The notes under the pieces were generated by a model. It saw only the letters and a program-made list of their open reading frames with translations, had not been told where the DNA came from and did no database searches. A stretch of 62,928 bases of DNA, filler included, from Octopus bimaculoides (lineage: Eukaryota): the NCBI RefSeq assembly GCF_001194135.2. It is 7 parts of 6 records of this genome, joined end to end, with 100 filler letters (N's around TTAATTAATTAA, not from the genome) between each part and the next. Parts side by side here need not be neighbours in the genome. Positions count along the whole stretch, not along the records: positions 21,035 to 41,536 come from NC_068989.1; 6 more parts are not named here. One strand, given 5' to 3'. Of the stretch, positions 25,645-38,458 are shown piece by piece (the stretch's first letter is position 1; every line of letters begins with the position of its first letter). The translations under genes and the position numbers were made by a program.

Positions 25645-26022
25645 TGGAGGCGCAATGGCCCAGTGGTTAGGGCAGCGGACTCGTGGTCATAGGATTGCGG
25701 TTTCGATTCCCAGACCTGGCGTTGTGAGTGCTTATTGAGCGAAAACACCTAAAGCTCCACGAGGCTCCGGCAGGGGATGGTGGTGAACCCTGCTGTACTC
25801 TTTCTCTCACTCTTACTTCCTGTTTCTGTTGTGCCTGTAATTCAAAGGGTCAGCCTTGTCACACTGTATCATGCTGAATATCCCCGAGAACTACGTTAAG
25901 GGTACACGTGTCTGTGGAGTGCTCAACCACTTGCACGTTAATTTCATGAGCAGGCTGTTCCATTGATCGGATCAACTGGAACCCTCGACGTCGTAAGTGA
26001 CAGAGTGCCAACAACAACAATT
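25645..26022 (+). mobile_element. tRNA-derived SINE, family A, full length
   Basis: GGAGGCGCAATGGCCCAGTGGTTAGGGCAGCGGACTC..GGTTTCGATTCCCAGACC head (A and B boxes) and an (ACA)n tail. Confidence 0.9.
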
Positions 26023-26883
26023 TATCTTAAATGATTTTTAATTTTATTGTGTATTTTCATTTATCTTGTTCATGTATGTATGATTTAAGATTCTATAGAA
26101 TCTAGGCACATTGATATGTAAGATGCCCGAAATGGCTAGGTACAATAACATACAGTTCACAGTTAGATAAACAAGAATGAAGATATCAAATATTGGTAGG
26201 ATACTGTTGATACGTAAGTACCAAATCTAATTTAAACTGTAGATCCAGCTCTGTGATTGGTTCTAGGTGTGGCTTAAGTATAAAAAGAGAACATAAATCA
26301 GGTCTAAAATTTACAAAAGCTGTTTTGGTAGAATTTTATTGATGTATTCTTAGATTACATCATAACGTATAATCCACCATTTTCAGGTAAAATTTTAAAC
26401 AGGAAAGATATCAGACAGGTTAGATAATACATTGATTGTGATGAATTCAATCAATGTTATTGGATAAGTGGTATTTTGAAAAATAACATTCGAATTGATA
26501 AAATTTAGAAGTGGTTTTAATAGGCATAGCAGAAGCAAAGAGATCAAATGACTATATTATTTCAAATCACTTATTTAAATTAGTTTATAGCTAATCTTGG
26601 CTTTGAGAATGCACAGCTCATTAAATCCTACCAGACATCTTGTCAGTTAAGCGAGATACGATTAAAACAAACCTCAAGGCAGCAGAAAGTCATAAAACTG
26701 TCATCACCATCCTTGTTATATGTTTGCAATCTCTGTCTATATTCAATAACTCATGAAATATTTGATAATCTATTGTATGACCGCCTGACCCTCCATCATT
26801 TGTCTAGCTTTTCTTTATATAACTTTGTTATATTGAAGAAGATAAAGAGAGAGAAAATAGAAAGCTTCTGACAATGTCATCAC

Positions 26884-27195
26884 CAAAGCCTTGTGAGTGG
26901 ATTTGGTAGATGCAGACTGAAAGAAGCCTGCCATATATGTATGTGTGTATGTATGTGTGTATGTGTGCATGTTTTTGTGCCTGCATTTGTCCCCATCCCC
27001 ATTTGACAACTGGTGTTGGTTTGTTTATATCCCCATAACTTGGTGGTTTGGCAAAAAGACACCAATAGAATAAGTACCAAGCTTTGAAAAGAAATTGGTC
27101 CCTGGGGTCGATTTGTTTGACTAAAAACCCGTCAAGACCATGCCCCAGCATAGCCACAGTCAAATAACTGAAACAAGTAAAAGATAAAAGAAAAA
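26884..27195 (+). mobile_element. SINE family B, 5'-truncated
   Basis: CCAAAGCCTTGTGAGTGGATTTGGTAG..GGGGTCGATTTGTTTGACTAAAA..AGTCAAATAACTGAAACAAGTAAAAGA. Confidence 0.85.
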
Positions 27196-27224
27196 AAATG
27201 ATAAAAGATATATATATTATCATC

Positions 27225-27540
27225 ATCATTTAGTGTCCATTGTCCATGCTGGTATGGGTTGGACAGTTTAACCAGGGCCGGTATGCTGCACCAGACCCTA
27301 GCCTGATTTGGCATGGTCTCTACAACTGGATGCCCTTCCTAACCTCAGCATAGCATATTGTCAAAGGTCTTAGTCATTTGTCAATGCCTCCGTGAAGCCC
27401 AGCACTTGGAAGATGCTTTTTATGTGCCACTAGTATGAGTGCTAGGTATGTGACACCAGCATCGACCACAATGCCACCATGAGACCCAATGCTTGAAAGA
27501 TGCTTTTTATGTGCCACTGTGCCACATGTATTTCCCCACG
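27225..27540 (-). mobile_element. RTE-type 3' tail fragment
   Basis: CTGGATGCCCTTCCTAAC and two copies of ATGCTTTTTATGTGCCACT. Confidence 0.7.
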
Positions 27541-27744
27541 TGACCGGTGTTCAGCCAAGCCTGACTTTCTTTCTTGGTTTGACTACCATCTGTGTAACAT
27601 CTGCATTCCACCCGATGCCTGTCATCTCTTATGTCCCTGCCATAAGGCTTCACTTTCACATGCACCAGCTTAATTTAATTCATCCGAAAGACACCTGTTG
27701 TTATGTCCTGTTATTTGCATTTGTATTTGTGTACCATTTTTCCA

Positions 27745-28975
27745 TTTTTTTTCCGCTTTCCATGCTAGCATGGGTTGGACGATTTGACTGAGGACTGGTG
27801 AACCGGATGGCTGCACCAGGCTCCAATCTGATCTGGCAGAGTTTTTACAGCTGGATTCCCTTCCTAACGCCAACTACTCCGAGAGTGTAGTGGGTGCTTT
27901 TAAGTGCCACCGGCATGAGGGCCAGTCACACGGTACTGGCAATGGCCACGCTCAAAATGGTGTTTTTTACGTGCCACCTGCACAGGAGCCAATCCAGCAG
28001 CACTAGCAATGACCTCACTCGAATGATTTTCTAACGTGCCACCTGCACAAGTGCCAGTAAGGTGACGATGGTAACGATCATACTCAAATGGTGCTATTTA
28101 TGGGCCACTAGCACGGAAGCCAGACAGCTGCTCTGGCAATGATCACGCTCGGACAGTGTTGTTTGTGCTCCACTGGCACAGGTGCCAGTCATCGAATATG
28201 GTTCAATTACGATTTTGATTTCACTTGCCCCAAACAGGTCTTCACAAGCAGAGCACGGAAGCCAGACAGCTGCTCTGGCAATGATCTAGCTCGGACAGTG
28301 CTGTTAGTGCTCTACTGGCACAGATGCCACTCATCAAATATGGTTCAATTACGATTTCGATTTCACTTGCCCCAACAGGTCTTCGCAAGCAGAGTTTAGT
28401 GTCCAATGAAGGAGAGGTTGGCATGGGTGCCAGCCGTCAAATTTGGTTCGATTTCGATTTCAAATCCACTTGCCTCAACAGGTCTTTGCAAGCAGAGTTT
28501 AGTGTCCAATGGAGTAAAGATACGAATAAGTGAGCTGGCTACACTTCTGGCAGAGGCCTTGGATTTAGGTCACACTTGGCTTGCTGGGTCTTCTCACATA
28601 CTGCATATTTCCAAAGGTCCCGGTCACTAGTCATTGCTTTGGTGAGGCCTAAAGTTCGAAGGTCATGCTTCACCACCTAATCCCAGGTCTTCCTGGGTCT
28701 ACCTCTTCCACAGGTTCCCTCAACTGCTAGGGTGTGGCACTTTCTCACACAGCTATCCTCATCCATTCTNNNNNNNNNNAGTTCGAAGGTCATGCTTCAC
28801 CACCTAATCCCAGGTCTTCCTGGGTCTACCTCTTCCACAGGTTCCCTCAACTGCTAGGGTGTGGCACTTTCTCACACAGCTATCCTCATCCATTCTTGCC
28901 ACATGTCTATACCAGTGCAATCATCTCTCTTGCACACTACAACTGATGCTTCTTAGGTCTAACTTTTCTCTCAAG
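27745..28975 (-). mobile_element. RTE-clade LINE, 5'-truncated (ORF C-terminus plus long repetitive 3' UTR)
   Basis: The minus strand reads LHWYRHVARMDEDSCVRKCHTLAVEGTCGRGRPRKTWD*VVKHDLRTLGLTKAMTSDRDLWKYAV, the WyGHVaRM..GRGRPRKTW C-terminus of RTE ORFs. The 3' UTR ends in the GTTGGCGTTAGGAAGGG tail. Confidence 0.85.
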
Positions 28976-29158
28976 GTTCTCTCAAACTCCTAATAAGTAG
29001 GAAGGTAGACAAACCACAAACTCCTTCAGGTAGATGGCCCTGCTCGATCTGTAGAAAGAGCGTGGGTAGAAACTCTATAAGATGTACTCTTGCATTTAAT
29101 CTTGACTCTTTTTGTTTCCAAACAATATTGGTATACAAAATTCATACCCACAGACCTT

Positions 29159-30174
29159 ATGAAAATGATAACAACCAAACAATGTTGAGTAATTTTCTTG
29201 TATGAGTACAAACTGGGTTACTCTGTCACAGAAGCTCTACAGAATATCAAACGGGCCTTTGGTAATGGTTTTCTTGACATCAGAACTGTTCAGAATGGTT
29301 CCAAAATTCTTGTTCAAGAGATGATAATCTTGAAAATGAACCGAGGGAGAGGTCAAAATCAGTAACTCGGCATAATGGATTAAATGCTTTGGTTGAACAA
29401 AATCCGAGAACAACAGTCCAAGAACTTTCATTAGAATTCCAAACATCTTGCACAATACCTGAAAAATTTGGGGAAAGTCAAGAAAATGGTTAGGTGTATT
29501 CCATATCAACTAAATGCGATTCAAAAAACAGGTACCTCGAAGTGTGCTCCTTATTGCTTTCTTGACTGGAAAAAGAACCATTTTTGCATCAAATCATTAT
29601 ATGTGATGAAAAATGGATGCTCTTTGACAACAGCAGGAGAACAGGACAGTGATTAGATGCAGGAGAGTCACCTAAACATAACCCAAAATCACCTTTGCAC
29701 CCTAAAAAGTTAGTGGTCACTGTATGGTGGTCTGTGAAGGGAGTTATTCATTATTCATTTTTGCAACAAGGAAAAATGGTAGCAGCAACATCGTATTGCC
29801 AGGAAACTGATTGTATGCATGAGAATTTGAAAAAGAAGCAATCCAAACTAGTGAATAGAGATGGCCCAATTTTGCTCCATGATCATGCGCGTCCTCACAC
29901 TCCTCAAGCTACGGTCCAAAAGTTGCAAAGCCTGAATTATGAGATTTTGTAGCATCCTCCCTATTCCCTTGATATCTCTCCTACTGATTATCACTTGTTT
30001 TAGCATTTTGAGCTTTTCACACGCAATAAATCATTCTTAAATAGGGAAGAGGTAATTGAAGCATTCGGACAGTTCATCACAGGAAAAGATGACATTTTTT
30101 TTAAAGATGACATATATGACTTTGAGAAATGTGGAATAAAGGTCATAAATAAACATGGATCATACTTTGATTAA
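29159..30174 (+). pseudogene. Mariner (DD34D) transposase pseudogene; element extends to the right TIR at about 30268
   Basis: IFLYEYKLG N-terminus, CIPYQL (WVPHEL-like), ICDEKW, LHPKKLVVTVWW, LLHDHARPH, and *HPPYSLDISPTDYHLF with 34 residues between the second and third D; ends YFD*. Contains several stops and frameshifts. The right end is CATTTCATGTGTGATAACCTAAAATA; the left TIR was not found. Confidence 0.92.
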
Positions 30175-30270
30175 ATATATCAGTTCTCTAACACCTCTGA
30201 AACATTTTATTGTTACCTTTTATTGTTACCTTTCAAATACAACATTTCATGTGTGATAACCTAAAATATA

Positions 30271-31020
30271 TATGGGGTGCAGTGAATAAATTGTCATCTA
30301 AATTACATAAAAATGAAAATAACACTGACATCTCATTTTAACATATATTTACCAAAATTACATTAAAATATTTTGAAATACTAAAGTATAAATTTATTCA
30401 ATAAAATTGCTATTTGCTTCAACCACGGCCTCCAGATGACTTCGGAATTTCCCGCAACTCTTCTGGATGGTCTACTTAGTTTTGTTGGTCTCTCACTCAA
30501 CTGTGCCCCACACATAATAATCAAGGGGGTTGCAGTCTGGGGAGTTAGGTGGCCAGATGTTAGGAGTGATGTGATTGCAGATATTGTCTGACAGCCATGA
30601 CTGTATTCTCTTGCTTGAGAATACCAAATGTCTTCCTGCACTACCTGTCTGATAAGAAATTCAGACACTCCCATGTCCCTGACAATGAACCTGATTGACT
30701 TGGAAGGATTGTTGTCAATCATGGTCTGGATCTCACCAACAAATTCAGTTTTTTTCTTATCAAAATGATCATAGTGAGTTTTTCGAGCTGCCATACCTTT
30801 GTAATCGTCATTAGACTCATCCAACTCTTTCTGAATCCTTTGCACGGTCCTCAGATTGACACCCAAACACTCTGAAATGTTCGTACTGTTTCCAAATTTC
30901 TGGCAGAGTGAATTGCATCATGGTGCTGTTTTTCTCACATACAGTGCCCAACTGACCCTTTAATACTGTGTAGTTGACAAAATCAAAACAATGTGCATGT
31001 GGGAAATTAAAAATATAAAG
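30271..31020 (-). mobile_element. Internally deleted Tc1/mariner-superfamily element (DD37D/maT-like)
   Basis: N-terminal HTH region (NLRTVQRIQKELD..NPSKSIRFIVRDMGVSEFLIRQVVQED) is joined directly to WPPNSPDCNPLDYYVWG; the central catalytic region is missing. The NPLDY motif is typical of the DD37D group. Confidence 0.75.
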
Positions 31021-31075
31021 TGTGTGTATATGTATGTGTGTGTGTGTATATATATATACATATGTATATATATAC

Positions 31076-31126
<51 letters not shown>

Positions 31127-31340
31127 GATATGTAATTTTAAGATCCAAAGATCTATGTGTAGGAGGTTAGTAAGCTTTGATAAGTACACAATAGATATAA
31201 AAAACAACTTTCATGAACAATAATAATTTATTGGCATAGAAGGTTGTAGGTTTTTCACATTTCAAAATTCAATAACCTGGAAAAATATGCTCTTTTAAAG
31301 TTCATGTTTAGCAACTGGTATTGCTATGAATAGGAATAAA

Positions 31341-31771
31341 AATCCAAATTGAGGGAATGGAACAGGTAAAATCCTGGCTACATATGTTTCTGAGCTAGCA
31401 GATCCCCTGATGTCCCCTGATGTTATATTTACTCGATGAGAGATATTCCTCTAGCTACTCATCAGGCTGAAGATACCCTAGTTAAATAAAGGTTACATTG
31501 TCATTAAGGTGGACATCAAACAATAATAATGATGATGATGAATCCCAAGTTAACTCGCTGGAGATATAGTTTAAAATGTATCTCCAGTACTCCAGCGAGT
31601 TAACTTAGTATTCCTTAATGACAATGTAACCTTAATTTAAAACAAAAGGTATCTTCAGCCTGATGATTAGCCGGTGGAGTACCCCTCAAGTAATTATTAC
31701 TTCTGAGGTTCTGTTAGCTAGAAAACATATGTAGCCAAGAGTTTACCTGCTCCATTCCTTCAATTTGGATT
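31341..31771. mobile_element. Foldback MITE, near-complete palindrome (~430 bp)
   Basis: The left arm AATCCAAATTGAGGGAATGGAACAGGTAAAATCCTGGCTACATATG..CATCAGGCTGAAGATACC..GGTTACATTGTCATTAAGG..AAGTTAACTCGCTGGAG is matched in reverse complement by 31590-31771. Confidence 0.85.
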
Positions 31772-31841
31772 AATATATATATATATATATATAGATAGAT
31801 AGATAGATAGATACATATACAAACATACAAATATGTATCAA

Positions 31842-32754
31842 CTAGCTGACGTACTCGGTAATTCCTGGGAAAGCAGGGCTTATCCCTTGGTTTTGTTCTC
31901 ATAATTGTTTCGCTAATCCAATAACAATAATACAAAGCATGTAGTCCTTAAAACGGTTTTTGGGCATTTACAGAAAATACCGAACTGTCTTACACTCATC
32001 TTGCTTTTAGGAATTCCCAATAAGTTATGAATACCCAAATTGTGAAGTCAGTTATGTAATAACATGAAATTAGTTACCCGATAGTAAGAATTCAAATAAA
32101 GTAGTCCTGAAATGGGCTTTAATGTGTTCCTAGAGTATATAGAACATAGGAGGAAATACTAAGGTATGTATAGGAAAATCGTGAAGCATGGTACGTAATA
32201 ACAGGCTAATCAGATATGAGATAATAACAACTGAAAGTAAATGACTCTGAAAAGGGCTTTTGTGCATTCCCAGAGAATATTTCCCTCGGTGCGCTAGTGT
32301 TGGTATATTTGTGAATAAGTAATTAACCGAAATAAGTGGATCTATTGTTTAGGAAAATACTATTTACTTGTTTAAAGGGTTGTACTGGATAAATTGCGAA
32401 AATAACTCTAACAGTTCAAATACTAAGAAATAAGCATGCTCAATTTTATTTTTACCAAATAATTTAGGAAAATGAATGGGTTATTTCCATTGGCTATATA
32501 TAAGGGTCCCTTCTAGGGGTGAATGGGTTATTTCCCTTGGTTTTTAAAATAAAATATATTAGATATATATAAGGATCCCTTCCATGGACCCTATTATCGA
32601 TTTATTTCAACAATCTGAGTATACCTTGAGATTTCCAGACATGAGTTCTACTCACGTGTCCTGTTTCTTCAAAATCGATAAAATGATGTAGGATGAGTTA
32701 GCTAACAACTCCACAAACAGAGTCACAGACAGAATTTCCCACATATGTAGTAGA
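31842..32754 (-). mobile_element. Non-autonomous Helitron
   Basis: The minus strand starts A|TCTACTACATATG and ends with a degenerate GC hairpin plus CAGCTAG|T, giving TC...CTAG termini inserted between A and T. Confidence 0.75.
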
Positions 32755-33102
32755 TTAAATGTAACAAGGCTGCTTTATCTGTTTCATTTTGTGTGGAATC
32801 ACCAATTAGTTGAAATGTGGCATAGTGGAGATGTTGCAAGTTAGAGAAGAAGCTAAAGAAAGATGTGTGTTGCATAGTTAATGAAATAACAAAATGAAAA
32901 GTGACATGTTAGATATTTTAGTGAACCATTACAAAGTTTCACAATGCGACAAATCCAAGTCGGTTTTGGTATAGAAGCTCTTGTAGAAATCTGTTGCTAT
33001 GTTGTATAGGAGGAGACAAGTAAATCATGCAAAGCTCATGCAATGGTCATGCAAAGTAAGTTGTGTGTGTATGTGTGTGTGAGTGCGTGCGTGTGTGCGT
33101 GC

Positions 33103-33151
<49 letters not shown>

Positions 33152-33464
33152 AAAGTTAAGTCTCTGACTTTCATAATGGCAGAGGTAAACTGTCTGCAAG
33201 TAGCAGACATAAAAGAGAAAAAGAGAAGTTACCTCTCAGAAAGCTGTGAAGGAAAAAGAGTGTATGCATGTGTGTTACAACATTGTCTTGGCTATAGAGC
33301 ACAGTTCATAAAAAGTCAAGTACCCTGAGAAGATAGAAATGTTCATTTGAAAAACAGGTAGGGAAAACCATTACAAGGCAACCGACAAATGTGTGATGCA
33401 AGTACATGTTAGATTGTACATGGGAAAGAACAGAACACCATGAAAATATGTATGGCATGTATAT

Positions 33465-33848
33465 ATGTGCAAGCATGGCTGTGTGGTAAGAAGCTTGCTT
33501 ACCAACATCGTTGTTCTGGGTTCAGTCCCACTGTGTGAGACCTTGGGACAAATGCCTTCTACTATAGCCTTAGGTCAATCAAAGCCTTGTGAGTGGATTT
33601 GGTTGATGGAAACTGAAAGAAGACCGTCTATGAGTGTGTCTTTGTGTCCTGTGTGTTCCCCACCACTGCTTGGCAACCGGTGTTGGTGTGCTTATGTCCT
33701 CATAACTTACTGGTTTGGCAAAAAGAGACAGATAGAATTAGTACTAGGCTTTAAAAAAATGAGTCCTGGAGTTGATTTGTTCGACTAAAATCCTTCAACG
33801 TGGTGCCCAGGCATGGCTGCAGTCAAATGACTGAAACAAATAAAAGAA
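33465..33848 (+). mobile_element. SINE family B
   Basis: GGCTGTGTGGTAAGAAGCTTGCTTACCAAC head through the AGTCAAATGACTGAAACAAATAAAAGA tail. Confidence 0.88.
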
Positions 33849-34793
33849 TGTGAATTAAATGTAGTCTGAAAGAGGGTCTGCAGGTTATGAATAAGGCATT
33901 AAAGTTGAGCATAAACATATTGCAAGGTTACTAGCAAAAAATCTCGTTGACAAAATGAAATGCAAAATTTAGCAGTTGTTAGGAAAAGCTGAATGCTTAT
34001 GAAAAAGAGCATACAATAAGAGCAGAGAACATGTTGATAAGTATGGCGTTGCATATAATAAAGAGCATATGTGTTCTTGACAAAATTAAAGTGGATGCAT
34101 GTGTAAACAAAGTAAAAACTTAAAATGCAAGTTTGTAAGGCATGCATTGCAAATAAATGAATGAAAGAAAGCCAAACGCTCTAATATATTAAGAATTTGT
34201 TGCTGGGAAACTGTTCCTGAAATTGAAACTTATAAGTACATGCCAAGTATGTGGCTAGTTACTGCTGATGATCTAGAATTTACTGTGAAAGAACATGAAA
34301 CAGCCAATATAGTCTATGCCTTTTGGTATTTGTTATCTACATGAGATGATTTCTCAGGACACTCTTTGCAGTCCAAGGTGTTCAAAACAATGCATCCAAT
34401 TTAGGCTGCATGTGCTAAGTTATTCATGCATGCACACACACACACACACACACACATACACACACGCACGCACACACACACACACACACATACAGGCATG
34501 CACACACACACGCACCTACACACACACACACACACACACTAAAGTCTGAGAAAGGATGCATGGACTAACATGCAGTTTACCAGTGTTAAAATTTGAAAGT
34601 ACATTGTACTAAAAAGATTGAAATTAAATCATAGGAAGTAATGGCGATCTATTATACTCTTGTACATTAGTTGAATTATTATTGGTAGAGTCAAATGGTT
34701 CATCTCAGAAAAAGAATTCACTTGTATAACCTGGGTGAATCCATAGGAACAACACCATCACTACCTTTTAGTTCTTTCTCTATAGTTCAATAA

Positions 34794-34984
34794 TCCTTTA
34801 GCATTAAGATTAGTCTGTTAAATATAATGCTTATTTACTCTCGTAGCTTCATAATTTTGTTGATGTGATTGCTTATCTTTGGATTGATATTGTTGTGCAG
34901 ATGAGAGAGGCCAGATTTGGTCAGTTTGAACATAGAACAGGTATAATATTTGGGCTGGATGTGGCTGGTTTAAATGCTAAAGGG
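34794..34984. mobile_element. piggyBac-type MITE
   Basis: ATAA|TCCTTTAGCATT ... AATGCTAAAGGG|TTAA: 12-bp TIR with a CCCTTT-type terminus and a TTAA target site (left copy has one mismatch). Confidence 0.7.
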
Positions 34985-35494
34985 TTAATCAAGCAGGATT
35001 ATTGCATTGCTCACATGTAATTGTGTTGGCTGTCATGCATTGACCAAATTGCCTTCTTAGTTGTGTTTGTTGCTGGGTATAATATGTTGGAACAGTGTAC
35101 TCCAGTTGTTATTTCTGAAATATTCAACACATCACTAAAAGGTACTTTACTACTAGCTGCTTGTGAATGTGGCACAATGAAAGAGTTTTTTTATATTGTT
35201 TTTTATAAAATTCTCGCATGTCAATGTTGTCATTTCTAGTTTCTATCGCAACTTACTTTCATCTTTTTAGGACAATTTACTTCCCCTTTTTTATGACAGT
35301 AAACTGCATATTGACCAGATGTATGCTGTCTTGTTAAAGAAATAATGTGGTGGTAGATAAATGACATTTCAGGAAGTTTATTGAACCATTTCAAAAATTT
35401 CTCAATTGTGAAAAGTTGGGGTTCACTTTTGATAGAAAATCTTTTGTCAATGCTTGTAGAAGTTACTCTGGTGTATAGGAAGAGATAGAGGAGC

Positions 35495-35790
35495 ACTCCA
35501 TCGGATACAACGACGAGGGTCCCAGCTGATACGATCAATGGAACAGCTTGCACGTGAAATCAACGTGCAAGTGACTGAGCAATCCACAGACACATGTACC
35601 CCTAACGTAGTTCTCAGGGAGATTCAGCGTGACAGAGAGTGTGACAAGGCCAGCCCTTTGAAATACAGGTACTACTCATTTTTGCCAGCTGAGTGGACTG
35701 GAGCAACGCGAAATAAAATGTCTTGATCAAAGACACAACACGTCACCGCAAATCAAACTCACGCCCTAATCACTAAGCCATGTGAGATAA
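35495..35790 (-). mobile_element. tRNA-derived SINE with CORE-like central domain (family A 3' end)
   Basis: Contains GCCAGCTGAGTGGACTGGAGCAACGCGAAATAAAATGTCTTG and the family A tail; same family as 60041-60345. Confidence 0.8.
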
Positions 35791-36479
35791 GTAAGTCATG
35801 TAAAGCTCATATGAAGTCAGTTGCTAGTGTGTGACTGTCGGTGTGTGAAGCTAAGTTTCTGATTTCCATGATGGCAAAAGTAAAAGAGGAAAAGAAAAGT
35901 TAGCACTCTGAAAGATGTGAGAGAAAAGAAAATGTTTTTTCCATTGGTATCTCAAATTAATTGTTGTACAAAAGTTAAATGGAAGTGAATGGGTTTATCT
36001 GGAACGAACTCTTGACTCACCTCAGATGGTAACAAATTATCAAATTTGTTACCATCTGAGGCTGAGCTAATAAATTCTCATGGAATGTACTGAGAACAAT
36101 GGAAATATGCTTAATGACCATGCTGGTTATAAATTCAGTGTATCTCCTATCTCTCTCTCTCTCTCAAACACACACACACACACACACAGATTTTACTCGC
36201 ATAAATGACAGATGAGAGTTTCGCAATTTCTTGCCAAATTATATGCAAAGATGATTTGTTTATAGTCATCAGATGCTTTTGCTTGTTTGTTGCTGGATAT
36301 CTAACTTGATTATTCCATCAAATTGACATTGCTTTTAAAAGTGTATGGAATATCACANNNNNNNNNNNNNNNNNNNNNNNNNNNNNNNNNNNNNNNNNNN
36401 NNNNNNNNNNNNNNNNNNNNNNNNNNNNNNNNNNNNNNNNNNNNNNNNNNNNNNNNNATATATATATATATATATATAT

Positions 36480-37124
36480 ATATGCATATATGGGTACAAG
36501 ATGTCACCAACTGTGTAAACAACATGATGTACGAAAACAAATGAGTTAAATATGCAAACAATGAGAGAAAGATGGAAAGCAGGACAAGTAACACAAAGAA
36601 TGACACTTCATCAGTTGTCAGCTGTCTATCTACTCCTCATTTTGAGCATTCAATGACAATATGAGTCTTCAAAGATAGCTGCTCCCATAAATTCCAAAAT
36701 AAAATTTTGGATTTATGGAGGGTCAAAGTTGAGAACAAAAATAGAACAATGGAAACATACAAGGAAACTGAACAAAAACAAACATGGAGGATCATTAGAC
36801 CAGAATGAGAGGTTAATAGTGAACGCTGGGAGAAATATTTTCTTTGAAGAGAGAAAAGATAGAAGAGAGAGATAGATGTCCAGTCCTTAGGACATTGTGC
36901 AAGAAAAGAAAGAGGGACGATGGTCATTTATGAACAACGAGAGAGAAAAAAGAGAAAGAGTGGGAAGAGAGAGAAAAAGAGAAAGGGGAGAGAGAGACAA
37001 ATAGAAAATGGTGAAGGGGAGAAAAAGAGAATTAGAGAAGGCTGGGGCAGAAAACAGAATGGAGTAGAGTTGCATCAAAAAGTTCAAGATAAACTTATTG
37101 AATAATAATAATAATATATATATG

Positions 37125-37156
<32 letters not shown>

Positions 37157-37455
37157 TATGTATATATCTATCTATCTATCTATCTATCTCTCTCTCTCTC
37201 TATATATATATATATTGATATATATCGATATATATCGATATATNNNNNNNNNNNNNNNNATATATATATATATATACATATATGGGTACAGGATATCACA
37301 AACTGTGTAAACAACATGACGTATAAAAACAAATGAGTTAACTGCACAAATAAGGAGAGAGAAAGCGGAAAACAGGACAAGCAACACAAAGAACGATCCT
37401 TCATCAGTTGTTGGCTATCTATCTATTCCTCATTTCGAGTTTTCAATGACAATAC
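36480..37455. repeat. Two diverged ~180-bp direct repeats (36480-36660, 37270-37455), each following (TA)n
   Basis: TATGGGTACA.GAT.TCAC.AACTGTGTAAACAACATGA..AAAACAAATGAGTTAA..CTTCATCAGTTGT..CTATCTA.TCCTCATTT.GAG..TTCAATGACAATA occurs twice. Confidence 0.8.
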
Positions 37456-38014
37456 ACACACACACACACACACACATGTAAGTGCTTTTTATGTCAAACT
37501 ATGAAATATTATAAGCAAGAGGTACCCATTATCTCCCATTTATTTAACAAAGATACAACACTTTCTTTTTCATGTCAAAATTATTCATCGCACTTTCTGA
37601 ACATTTGTAATTACAAATTTCTCAAAATGCTTCTAGCTTCACTGGATTTTTCTGTTAAACACATGTATTACTGTAGTTTCCTCTTTGTTGCAAATAGATA
37701 AATATATTCCACCAGAGTAGATGATGAAGAGTATTTTGTTAGCTTACAGGTGATTAGTCTTCCTTCTTTCTTTTCTTCCTTTCTTTCTTGCTTTCTTTCT
37801 CATTTGCAATGTTTCCATCATATTCTGTTATTATGAAAGAAAATTTTGTTTTCGTCCTAAGAAACATAACTATCTTTATAAGAAGAGAGAGTAAAGGGAA
37901 ACTAACAGATGTTATTGTCAAGAATATGACATGAGTGAATTGCAAAAGTTCAGTGTTAGGTAAAGTGAAAGTGTTAATGACAACAACAACGATAACAACA
38001 ACAACAATAATAAT

Positions 38015-38450
38015 AATAATAATTGAAATCGAAAATATTTGGCATCTGAAGATGGTTACAATACCAGTGATTGTAGGAGCACTTGGAATGATCAAAAAAG
38101 GTCAACTGAAAATTATTCGAGGATGATCCTTCGATTACCATCCATGTAGGAAGTGCAAAAAATTGTCTTAATTAATCCTACGTACTGAGAAGAGCATTGT
38201 TGCTGTGAATATTCTTTCTGTTTCCTCCTTATTTTCTTTGTTTTTTTGTTTCTCATTTTTGCTTTCTTCTTTCTTTCCTCTGTCTTTCCTCCCTTTTCTT
38301 TTCTCTATCACATTACTTTGTGAATGAACAATCTGGTGTGTTTATTTTAATGGTCTATCAATGTATACAGTGAGTTTCTTTGCACTAGGTGTTGGGAAGA
38401 CACTCAGCAAGAAATGGAAACAACATTGAAATGACAACAACAGCAATAAC
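38015..38450 (+). mobile_element. R4/Dong-like LINE 3' end
   Basis: IEIENIWHLKMVTIPVIVGALGMIKKG..EVQKIVL, the endonuclease C-terminus, followed by a 3' UTR and an (AAT/AAC)n tail. Confidence 0.7.
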
Positions 38451-38458
38451 AATAATAT

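Noticed and set aside
25645-25720. tRNA-like heads as tRNA genes
   Set aside because: They continue into SINE bodies and tails and lack a complete cloverleaf; the same applies to all other copies.
28112-28510. Regularly spaced repeats as a CRISPR-like array
   Set aside because: They are contiguous tandem units without unique spacers, inside a eukaryotic LINE 3' UTR.
28653-28896. Apparent 117-bp tandem duplication in the RTE ORF
   Set aside because: The copies are identical and flank a 10-N gap, so this is most likely an unmerged contig overlap.
31430-31690. CTGATGA motifs in the foldback MITE arms as possible hammerheads
   Set aside because: There is no downstream GAAA core and no stem III.
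35030-35335. Two possible minus-strand exons (..YAVYCHKKGEVNCPKKMK|GTAAGT and TTTCAG|..ITTGVHCSNILYP..)
   Set aside because: The phases are incompatible (joining gives an immediate TAA) and no protein family is recognisable.
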